Origin: Patescibacteria group bacterium
GTDB taxonomy: Bacteria > Patescibacteriota > Patescibacteriia > 2-01-FULL-39-33
DNA length: 32,000 nt
Direction: 5' to 3'
Assembly: GCA_041649575.1 (NCBI GenBank)
Contig: JBAZMW010000004.1
Span: forward strand, 103,131 to 135,130
Under the pieces are notes generated by a model. That model made no database searches and was not told the origin of the DNA. It saw nothing but the letters and a program-made list of their open reading frames with translations. Positions 1 to 9,991 of this stretch are shown here, piece after piece. A program made the translations under genes and the position numbers. How positions within the stretch are numbered: position 1 is the stretch's first letter; each line of letters starts with the position of its first letter.

Positions 1-2
1 AG

Positions 3-86
3 AGCCACGCTCTAATGCTCAAAAGAGAAAGGATTAGACGCAAGCAAAAAACGCCAGGTAGCCGAAAAGACCCCATGGGCTTATGA
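3..86 (+). CDS. C-terminal fragment of an unidentified CDS (partial at left edge)
   Basis: Open frame from the window start, ...SHALMLKRERIRRKQKTPGSRKDPMGL*, followed by a terminator-like hairpin. Confidence 0.4.
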   Translation, partial: SHALMLKRERIRRKQKTPGSRKDPMGL

Positions 87-94
87 GACAAACA

Positions 95-114
95 GCCCAC
101 CATTTTTGGCGGGC
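95..114 (+). terminator. Weak intrinsic terminator-like hairpin
   Basis: GCCC-ACC-ATTTTT-GG-C-GGGC followed by TTTCTGG; one mismatch in the stem. Confidence 0.35.
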
Positions 115-195
115 TTTCTGGTTATGATCTTGACTTTTAGCCGAAAATGAGCTATTATTTAGAAAGTAAAATAATTAAATTTTAAGTTAAAACAC

Positions 196-561
196 ATGTC
201 CGAAGATAAAAAAAATAAGGAGGTTAAAAGCAATTGGCTGGAAACGATTTTGCCAAAAATCAGACCCGGTGTGACGATTAAAGTCCATCAAAAAATCAAA
301 GAAAAGAATACCAAAGGCGAAGAAAAACAAAGAGTCCAAATTTTTGAAGGTATTGTCTTGGCTCGCCGTGGTGGCAGTCAAAAAAATGCCACCATCACCG
401 TGCGTAAAGTGGCTGCTGGTGGAATTGGCGTAGAAAGAATTTTTCCCTTGTTTTCGCCCAATATCGCCAGAATAGAAGTAACCAAATCGGCCCAAGTCAA
501 TCGAGCCAAACTCTATTACTTAAGAAGTTACAAAAAGAAGCTCAAAGAAAAACAGGCATAG
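196..561 (+). CDS. rplS: 50S ribosomal protein L19
   Basis: Protein MSEDKK...LPKIRPGVTIKVHQKI...QRVQIFEGIVLARRGG...GIGVERIFPLFSPNIARIEVTKSAQVNRAKLYYLR has the L19 signature. Confidence 0.96.
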   Translation: MSEDKKNKEVKSNWLETILPKIRPGVTIKVHQKIKEKNTKGEEKQRVQIFEGIVLARRGGSQKNATITVRKVAAGGIGVERIFPLFSPNIARIEVTKSAQVNRAKLYYLRSYKKKLKEKQA

Positions 562-636
562 ATATTCTTGGACGGCGGAGTATTGATCCAAAATTTTAGC
601 CGGCTGATTTTTTATAAAATTGAACAACTTAGTCGC

Positions 637-721
637 GCGGACGTGGCGGAATTTGGTATACGCGCAAGCTTGAGGTGCTTGTGGCCGCAAGGCCTTGGAG
701 GTTCAAGTCCTCTCGTCCGCA
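637..721 (+). tRNA. tRNA-Leu(GAG)
   Basis: Acceptor GCGGACG/CGTCCGC, anticodon stem CAAGC/GCTTG with loop TTGAGGT, variable arm, T-arm GGAGG TTCAAGT CCTCT. Confidence 0.93.
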
Positions 722-771
722 TTGATTTTACGGAGTATGCTTGTTCCGGTCTTCTTTCATGCTTTCATAGA

Positions 772-824
772 GGGCGGTTAGCTCAGTTGGTTAGAGCGCC
801 TCGTTTATTTACCCTGTTGAATAG
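772..824 (+). other. 5' half of a tRNA-like gene, interrupted in the anticodon loop
   Basis: GGGCGGT TA GCTC AGTTGGTTA GAGC G CCTCG TTTATTT, then ACCCTGTTGAATAG directly abutting tRNA-Val; the matching 3' half is at 919-953. Confidence 0.6.
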
Positions 825-898
825 GCACATTTAGCTCAGTTGGTTAGAGCGCCTCGTTTACACCGAGGAGGTCAGAGGTTCGAATCCTCTAATGTGCA
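825..898 (+). tRNA. tRNA-Val(TAC)
   Basis: Acceptor GCACATT/AATGTGC, D-arm GCTC/GAGC, anticodon arm CCTCG TTTACAC CGAGG, T-arm AGAGG TTCGAAT CCTCT, discriminator A. Confidence 0.95.
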
Positions 899-918
899 AA
901 TAGTCCAACAGGGCGGGT

Positions 919-953
919 CGAGGAGGTCAGAGGTTCGAATCCTCTACCACCCA
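919..953 (+). other. 3' half of the interrupted tRNA-like gene
   Basis: CGAGG AGGTC AGAGG TTCGAAT CCTCT ACCACCC A; pairs with GGGCGGT at 772-778 except one C.A mismatch. Confidence 0.6.
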
Positions 954-1021
954 ATAGTTAACAGGGCAGGTTGAGGGGTTGTGCGTATCAGTGTAAACTT
1001 TAAACAAGTAAAATAATAAAA

Positions 1022-1276
1022 ATGCTAGTGAGAATAATCGTTGGCATTATTGGAGCGGTAGTTGGATTTCTGATGGTTTTTCGGCCAAAATTTTTTTTGG
1101 ACGCCATCGGCGAGCAGGCTTGGATGGAAAAAGTTTTTGGTTCGGGCGGTGGCATTTCCGGCTACAAGGTGATGGGAGTGGTGATTGTGATAATTTCTTT
1201 TTTGATCATGACTGGGTTAATTGAGGGGGTGCTAATGGCGATTTTTGGGCCGTTGATTTTTGCCGGTCGGAGTTAG
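1022..1276 (+). CDS. Small membrane protein, hypothetical (84 aa)
   Basis: Complete ORF with two hydrophobic segments, lying between tRNA genes. Confidence 0.6.
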   Translation: MLVRIIVGIIGAVVGFLMVFRPKFFLDAIGEQAWMEKVFGSGGGISGYKVMGVVIVIISFLIMTGLIEGVLMAIFGPLIFAGRS

Positions 1277-1289
1277 GCGATTTTTAAAA

Positions 1290-1365
1290 GGGCTGTTAGC
1301 TCAGTTGGTAGAGCATCGCGTTTGCAACGCGGGGGTCGGGAGTTCGAATCTCCCACAGTCCACCA
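1290..1365 (+). tRNA. tRNA-Ala(TGC), CCA encoded
   Basis: GGGCTGT...TCGCG TTTGCAA CGCGG...CGGGA GTTCGAA TCTCC region and ACAGTCC A CCA. Confidence 0.94.
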
Positions 1366-1366
1366 T

Positions 1367-2209
1367 TTAATCGACGGCAACATTTTTTGCCGTTTTTTTA
1401 TTTTTTAAATAGTCTTCCTCTATTAATTCTTTAACAAAAGCATTAAGATCAATTTTGCGTCCAGCCAGTTTTAACGCCTCGAACATGTTAAAAAGTGCCT
1501 CATAAATATTCTCATTTCTGACAACCAATACTAAATTTTTCTCAAAGTTTATCATCATAACTGTCTTCTTAAAGATTATGATGTCCATATCAAAGTCGAC
1601 AACAGCATTATTCACCACATAACAAACCACCATCCTGTCGGTATAAATTTCCAGCTGGTCGGCTGGAAGATTTTCCAAATAACCTAGGGAATCCTCGCCA
1701 ATAATGCCTTCAATAATAATTCTATATTTTTTAAATTCACTTTGAATAGAACTCAAATATGACTTTTCTAGATTGACTGAGGCGGCCACCGATCTATTGC
1801 CCTGAATCGCCAAAACTCGACTATTATAACCGGCTGTCAGGACTTTTTCATAAGCGGCCATAATGTTTTTTTTGCCTTTGATTACTTCTACCCCGATTTC
1901 CGACGGTAATTGTATTGTCTCCCGACCATCGTCCGAACCAAGATAAAGATACAAGCCCTTCATTAATTTTCTAATCTCTTCTTCTTCGCGCATCAGCCAC
2001 TCATAGTGGCCTCGTACCCTAATCCTTTGCACCAAACCACGCTTTTGTAGTCTTTGCAATAAAAAATTAACAGTAGTCCGTTTGACCAAAGATGTCTTTG
2101 CCAAATCAATCGGTCTTAGCGGTCCGCACTCTTTAAGCGCCTGGACTATCTCAAACTCTTTTTTATTAAGACCCAATATTCTAAGGCCCGTTTTTGAAAC
2201 ACTTGTCAT
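1367..2209 (-). CDS. TrmB-family transcriptional regulator
   Basis: N-terminal wHTH (LGLNKKEFEIVQALKECGPLRPIDLAKTSLVKRTTVNFLLQRLQKRGLVQRI) with a C-terminal sensor-like region. Confidence 0.8.
   Translation of the reverse strand: MTSVSKTGLRILGLNKKEFEIVQALKECGPLRPIDLAKTSLVKRTTVNFLLQRLQKRGLVQRIRVRGHYEWLMREEEEIRKLMKGLYLYLGSDDGRETIQLPSEIGVEVIKGKKNIMAAYEKVLTAGYNSRVLAIQGNRSVAASVNLEKSYLSSIQSEFKKYRIIIEGIIGEDSLGYLENLPADQLEIYTDRMVVCYVVNNAVVDFDMDIIIFKKTVMMINFEKNLVLVVRNENIYEALFNMFEALKLAGRKIDLNAFVKELIEEDYLKNKKTAKNVAVD
1374..1399 (+). terminator. Intrinsic terminator downstream of tRNA-Ala
   Basis: ACGGCAA-N6-TTGCCGT followed by TTTTTT; lies inside the 3' coding end of the convergent TrmB gene. Confidence 0.75.
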
Positions 2210-2215
2210 TATTTA

Positions 2216-2244
2216 ATTATAAATAATGACAAAATTATTGTCAA
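2216..2244 (-). promoter_or_regulatory. Promoter of the TrmB gene with overlapping inverted-repeat operator
   Basis: Minus strand TTGACA-17 nt-TATAAT; TGACAA-N5-TTGTCA inverted repeat at 2227-2243. The -10 ends only 6 nt before the ATG. Confidence 0.75.
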
Positions 2245-2376
2245 AATATTTATATAATATTATCTAAATTTAAACAAATAATCATCTCTAATCAAAAAAC
2301 GTTGATTAACCGCCATTAAAAGATTATCCTAAAGAGTGGCTTAGCTGAAAAACCTAAACGAGAAAGGGAAATCGCC

Positions 2377-2571
2377 ATGAGAGAGATAACCCCAGCCAAA
2401 TCACGTTGTGTTCTCGGCGCCTGTCCCAGGGTATATGTTGATGACGAGGGAAGCGCCTTCGTTGTCGGCACCGCCGTGGCCGCAGATCATCGGATGTCGA
2501 ATTTACACCTGGGAGCCGGCGAAGCGATCGTCAGGCTGCCGGAGGAGATTCTGCGCAATCTGCAACCATAG
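2377..2571 (+). CDS. Hypothetical small protein (64 aa)
   Basis: GAAAGGG SD about 8 nt before ATG, ORF MREITPAKSRCVLGACPRVYVDDEGSAFVVG..., hairpin terminator downstream. Confidence 0.65.
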   Translation: MREITPAKSRCVLGACPRVYVDDEGSAFVVGTAVAADHRMSNLHLGAGEAIVRLPEEILRNLQP

Positions 2572-2592
2572 GCAAGCAGCGACGCCAATTAT

Positions 2593-2620
2593 ACGGCCAA
2601 GTTCGAGAGAATTTGGCCGT
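2593..2620 (+). terminator. Hairpin terminator
   Basis: ACGGCCAA ... TTGGCCGT, followed by TTACCTTTTC. Confidence 0.55.
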
Positions 2621-2673
2621 TTACCTTTTCATCGATTTCCTATCGCTAATCAACTCTTGTTAACCACGGCAAT

Positions 2674-3270
2674 ATGGCTAAAACTTTTCTCAAAAAATTG
2701 GTACGACGTTGCCTCCGACAGGAACTTCAAAAAGTGATCAAACAAACAGACTGTGATTTAATTGTGGACATTGGTTGCGGCAATGGCGAAATTTGGTCTG
2801 GATTGTTAGATAAACGGATTATTAAAATATTCGGGGTCGACGATTCTGCAAGAATCACTAGCCTAACCAATGGAACCAATGTCTACGATCATCTGTTTAT
2901 GGCTGACGCCAGCCAGCTGCCATTTCCTAACAACCATTTTGATATTTCGGTTATAAGCTTATTACTACACGCTGTAGACAGGACCAAGAGAGGCTTGATT
3001 CTAAAAGAAGCCAGGAGGGTTACCAGGCCTGGCGGTTTTATATTTATTTTTGATTTCGCCTTTCCTGCTACTCAAAATTTGATCGGTAAATTGTTTAAGT
3101 GTTTTTTTGAATGCGAAGAGCGGCTAATCGGAGAAGTCAATCCGAATCATTATCAAAATTATCTGGATTTTTTGAGAGATGACGGACTAGCCAAATTTTT
3201 AAAAAGTAAAAATTATTATAAAAAGAGTTGTTTTTTTAAAAATTTTGATGTTATAATAATTCAAGTCTAA
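2674..3270 (+). CDS. Class I SAM-dependent methyltransferase
   Basis: DLIVDIGCGNGEIW (motif I), VDDSA, ADASQLPFPNNHFDISVISLLLHAV, and EARRVTRPGGFIFIFDF. Confidence 0.85.
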   Translation: MAKTFLKKLVRRCLRQELQKVIKQTDCDLIVDIGCGNGEIWSGLLDKRIIKIFGVDDSARITSLTNGTNVYDHLFMADASQLPFPNNHFDISVISLLLHAVDRTKRGLILKEARRVTRPGGFIFIFDFAFPATQNLIGKLFKCFFECEERLIGEVNPNHYQNYLDFLRDDGLAKFLKSKNYYKKSCFFKNFDVIIIQV

Positions 3271-3313
3271 ACCAAAAATTAAAACGCTTTTCATAAGAAT
3301 AATTAAACTCAAC

Positions 3314-3694
3314 ATGTCCCAAAAAAACAAAGAATTGTGTCATGACTGTGACCATTGCTGCAATTATGCGGCGGTAGAAATCGATAAGCCCACAACCAAG
3401 CGCGATTACCAGAATGTCATTTGGCTACTGCACCATAAAAATGTCCGTGTCTACATCGATGAAGAACGAGCCTGGATCTTGGAGTTTGTGACGCCATGTG
3501 AATTTATAAATAAAGACAAATTATGTTCGATTTACGAGAAGCGTCCGCTAATGTGTCGGGAATACCTGCAGGAAGACTGCGTCCGTTATAGCAAAAATAG
3601 CCCAGAAAAGCATGCCTTTGAAAAGGCAGCCGATTTAATCAGGTATTTGGAGAAAAAAGGAATTGACTACCAATTCAGAAAAAGTAAAAAATAG
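3314..3694 (+). CDS. YkgJ-family cysteine cluster protein
   Basis: CHDCDHCCNY...TPCEFINKDKLCSIYEKRPLMCREY...DCVRY pattern of the zinc/iron-chelating YkgJ family. Confidence 0.85.
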   Translation: MSQKNKELCHDCDHCCNYAAVEIDKPTTKRDYQNVIWLLHHKNVRVYIDEERAWILEFVTPCEFINKDKLCSIYEKRPLMCREYLQEDCVRYSKNSPEKHAFEKAADLIRYLEKKGIDYQFRKSKK

Positions 3695-3713
3695 TTTGAC
3701 CTGTGGAAAACTA

Positions 3714-3742
3714 TTGTTGACACGTTTTTTTTGTGGTATAAT
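3714..3742 (+). promoter_or_regulatory. Promoter of the Lys-rich microprotein gene
   Basis: TTGTTG-17 nt-TATAAT (alternative -35 TTGACA with 14-nt spacing). Confidence 0.6.
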
Positions 3743-3750
3743 GAATTTAA

Positions 3751-3779
3751 TTGAAATAACTTTTTTAATTTTATTTCAA
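3751..3779 (+). promoter_or_regulatory. 5' UTR hairpin
   Basis: TTGAAATAA-N11-TTATTTCAA perfect 9-bp inverted repeat between the promoter and the SD of the microprotein gene. Confidence 0.5.
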
Positions 3780-3817
3780 GATGAAAAATCTATTTAATGG
3801 AAGGGGGTGATTCTCAA

Positions 3818-3868
3818 ATGGCAAAAAAGAAGGCAAAAAAGAAAGTTGCAAAAAAGAAAAAGAGATAA
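3818..3868 (+). CDS. 16-aa lysine-rich microprotein MAKKKAKKKVAKKKKR
   Basis: AGGGGGTGAT SD (one mismatch to the full anti-SD complement), ATG, 16 codons, TAA; flanked by a promoter and a strong hairpin. Too short for the supplied ORF track. Confidence 0.6.
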   Translation: MAKKKAKKKVAKKKKR

Positions 3869-3883
3869 AAGTTTTCTCAAGCG

Positions 3884-3950
3884 CAAAATCCCCGTCTGCC
3901 CGTTTTGGTTCTTAAGGTCAGTTGAAGCGAGGCGAGCAGAGGGGATTTTG
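3884..3950 (+). terminator. Long hairpin terminator
   Basis: CAAAATCCCC-g-TCTGC ... GCAGA-GGGGATTTTG (15 bp, one bulge) followed by TGTTTTTGTTTTTATTTTTTT. Confidence 0.7.
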
Positions 3951-3969
3951 TGTTTTTGTTTTTATTTTT

Positions 3970-5214
3970 TTAGAGCAACTTTTTTTGAACAGTTTTTACG
4001 GCAGCGGTCTTGATGGCTATTTGGCCGTAGATACCGTCGTAGCCGGGAGTGATTTCGACTCGGCCGAGTCGGACGCTGATAATTCTTTCGGCGATCTCCG
4101 GCCGGGCGATTTTTTTTAACTGCTCTTCGGTTAAGTCGATCAGAATTTCGAATTCACAATATTTTTTGATCAGATTAAAATATTCGGTTTGGACTTTTTT
4201 TGAATTTTTGCCAACCCCGAAGCTGTCGGCGATAATTTCTTGTAACGGTATTAGACTTTTGTAGGGAATATTTTTGGGAGAGTCGCTGTTTTTTTGATCG
4301 GCCAGCTCGTTAACTCGGTGAAGCACCCCTAAGGTCAGGGGTTTTTTACAAAGAGGACAGAGGTTGTTATTTTTTTTGCTTACTGCCGGGCTGGAGAGGT
4401 AGCGGCAAGCGGCGTGGCCGTCGAAATGATATTTGCCTTCTTCGGGAAAAAATTCAATAGTGTAGAGGAATTTGTTTTTATCTTTCTCTTTGATGAGGCG
4501 GCTAATTTCCTGGTAGCTCAATTGGCCGTCAGTTATTTCAAACACATTGGCCTCGCGGCCAAGATTGGCTGGCGAATGGGCATCGGAATTGGAGAGCAAG
4601 GTAATTCTATCCAGGGCCGATAATTGCCAATTCATTTTTGGATCGGAAGACAAGCCGGTTTCAATGGCGTGGATATAAGGAGTGATTTCTTCGAAGCATT
4701 CAGCCAGAGAATCAAAACCAGACTTGGAACCAAAAACAGCAAACCAAGGAGTCCAGGCATGAGCGGGAACAACCAAACTCTGTTGGTTGATGTTTAAAAT
4801 AATTTTAGCCAGCTCTTTGGCCGACAGGCCAATAATCGGCCGGCCGTCGGATTTAATATTAAAGCCCCGTTTTTCAAAGTCGGCAATAATTTTTTCAACG
4901 GTCGTGATATCGGGAACCAAAAGGCAGACATGGATTCTTCTGGTTTTGCCGCCCTGCGAGTAGATACAGCTGATTTCCGTACCCAAGACAAATCTGACAA
5001 GACTGTCGCTGTCTTTTAGACGATAAAGCCCCGGCTCGGCTTCGATCAGTTTGTCTTTTATTTCTTTGAACCACTTGGGATGAGTGAAATCTCCGGTGCT
5101 GACAATCTTTATGCCCTTATATTGGCACCAAGAGTCAATATTTTCCAAGGTCAAGTCACGCGAGCAACCTCGGGAATAGGCGGAATGGATATGTAAGTCG
5201 GCAATGACGCGCAT
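3970..5214 (-). CDS. Endonuclease Q-like PHP-domain protein
   Basis: MRVIADLHIHSAYSRGCS..., STGDFTHP, VPAHAWTPWFAVFGSKSGFDS, NSDAHSP, and a CPLCKKPLTLGVLHRV Cys cluster. Confidence 0.88.
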   Translation of the reverse strand: MRVIADLHIHSAYSRGCSRDLTLENIDSWCQYKGIKIVSTGDFTHPKWFKEIKDKLIEAEPGLYRLKDSDSLVRFVLGTEISCIYSQGGKTRRIHVCLLVPDITTVEKIIADFEKRGFNIKSDGRPIIGLSAKELAKIILNINQQSLVVPAHAWTPWFAVFGSKSGFDSLAECFEEITPYIHAIETGLSSDPKMNWQLSALDRITLLSNSDAHSPANLGREANVFEITDGQLSYQEISRLIKEKDKNKFLYTIEFFPEEGKYHFDGHAACRYLSSPAVSKKNNNLCPLCKKPLTLGVLHRVNELADQKNSDSPKNIPYKSLIPLQEIIADSFGVGKNSKKVQTEYFNLIKKYCEFEILIDLTEEQLKKIARPEIAERIISVRLGRVEITPGYDGIYGQIAIKTAAVKTVQKKLL

Positions 5215-5976
5215 AGGGCTAATAGCTTATTGCTTATGGTTTAATAATGAATGAATTGATTTTAGCATCGGGAGTTTTTTTTGGCAAAAAGAAAGCGCCA
5301 CATGTTACAAACAGAGGTGACGCGGTTTGGAGAGTGTCAAGAGTATTTAGCCTTATGAGGACTAATCAAGGGGCGACCCTGGGTTAGTTTCTCACATCTT
5401 CAGATGACTAAAGAGCGGTCATCTTACTCGTGAAGCTGCTGCGGGAGCTTTGTCGGGGAGAGGTCCCAACTCAATTTGTAACTCCCGTGAAACGGTCGCA
5501 CTCGTTCCGATTAACAGCCTCCGCGACACCGTTTTTGGTCTATCATGCGCGTATTTCCCAAAAACCGGTTTGGGCTCTGCCAGCTTCAGAAGAATCGGGC
5601 GCTCCTCTCTTGTCCGTGATCCTTCTTATACCATTACGGGGGGCATCGATTTTTCTTTTCTCGTCTCTCGAAACTCTCCTATCACTAGTATAGACTCATT
5701 AGGCAGAAAAGTCAATGTTATTTTTTTGGCAAAAAAAAGAAGGCGGCTTCACCACAATTGTGATGACTCCACCAACTAAGTCGGATCGGCCGACGGACAA
5801 CTCGGGTTCAGCAGGTCACAGTCGTCTACACGACGATACCAGCTCTGCCACCCTGCACCTGGATAACGGTCAGACCATAGAGGCAGAAGAAATAGAAGCC
5901 AGCTTGATCTAGCTGGCAATCCTCTCGGCCGCATTTCTTACACTTACACTTCTGCTCCATACCCTTTCTCCTTCAG

Positions 5977-6189
5977 TTAGGCCCGCACATCAAGCAGCCG
6001 GCCGGAGTGATTTCCCGTAGAGATCAGTCGTGGCGATCTCGGAGCCGGGCTTCTGTTGATAGACTTCAGGTAACAAGAATGACACAATAGCCCTCTCCGG
6101 TCGAAGATCACCTTGGTTTGTCCGCAGTGACTACAAGGGGCGACTAGCGGCCTTGATTCGGCACATGAAATACTGACACGAGAGATCAT
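5977..6189 (-). CDS. Small zinc-ribbon-like protein (70 aa)
   Basis: Starts at internal Met preceded by GGAGGGAAGG SD; MISRVSISC...CSHCGQTKVIFDRRGLLCHSCYL has a CxxC...CxxC pattern. Confidence 0.6.
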   Translation of the reverse strand: MISRVSISCAESRPLVAPCSHCGQTKVIFDRRGLLCHSCYLKSINRSPAPRSPRLISTGNHSGRLLDVRA

Positions 6190-6303
6190 GACCCTTCCCT
6201 CCTGACGCTCAAAAATGTTCAAGCTAGTATTATAAATAGCACAATTATTTATGGTTGTAAAGATAAATAAAAATCCCGCCAAAAGGCGGGACTAGTTTTT
6301 AAA

Positions 6304-6427
6304 TCCAGGGTCCGGGCGCTGACCTACTTTCCCCATTGAAGAGTATCATCGGCTCAGGAGGGCTTAACTACTGAGTTCGGGATGGGATCAGGTGTGACCC
6401 CTCTGATAGAAGCACCCAGACTCTGGA
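6304..6427 (-). rRNA. rrf: 5S rRNA (approximate ends)
   Basis: Minus strand ...GGGGTCACACCTGATCCCATCCCGAACTCAGTAGTTAAGCCC...GGGGAAAGTAGGTCAGCGCC core. Confidence 0.93.
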
Positions 6428-6471
6428 TTCAAAAATTTTTTGATAAGCAATAATCGTAATCACAATTCTTG

Positions 6472-9603
<3,132 letters not shown>

Positions 9604-9773
9604 GAATTTCAATTACGATTGGAATTCTTGCTCGACTAATTGCTTATCTTTCTACTTCTTTTTTGAGAATAATTGAGAATATTTAATTGTCAAAGTTCTC
9701 TTTTTCATCTTTTTTTCCTTTTAGCGTCCAGAGTGAGGACAACAAATCTTTTTATTGGCCGGCTTTGGGCGTT

Positions 9774-9799
9774 AAAAAAACCGCCTTGCTCCAAGCGGT
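9774..9799 (-). terminator. Terminator/attenuator-like hairpin in the 23S leader
   Basis: Minus strand ACCGCTT-GGAGC-AAGGCGGT (one bulge) followed by TTTTTTT, between the promoter and 23S. Confidence 0.5.
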
Positions 9800-9962
9800 G
9801 TTTCTAGCAGCGCAAAAAATGCCCGTTAGCTTGGAGAATGATTAGTGAAATAGTTGATGACTCTCATAAAGCGATGTTAACTAGTTTAAACTAATTGTTG
9901 TTTTTTGTCCAGGCTTTATTTTTTGAATAAGCTGTGGATAATCTATAATTGTTATTACTTTA

Positions 9963-9991
9963 ATTATATAGTTTTCTTAATTATTTGTCAA
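9963..9991 (-). promoter_or_regulatory. Promoter likely driving the 23S-5S unit
   Basis: Minus strand TTGACA-17 nt-TATAAT, perfect consensus boxes. Confidence 0.75.

Noticed and set aside
238-250. AAGGAGG-like sequence near the start of rplS (about 219-225) as evidence of an alternative start
   Set aside because: No in-frame start codon lies at suitable spacing; it is probably coincidental within coding sequence.
5450-5779. 109-aa ORF with TTG start
   Set aside because: No SD, no recognised motifs, and it spans a composition boundary; treated as noncoding pending homologs.
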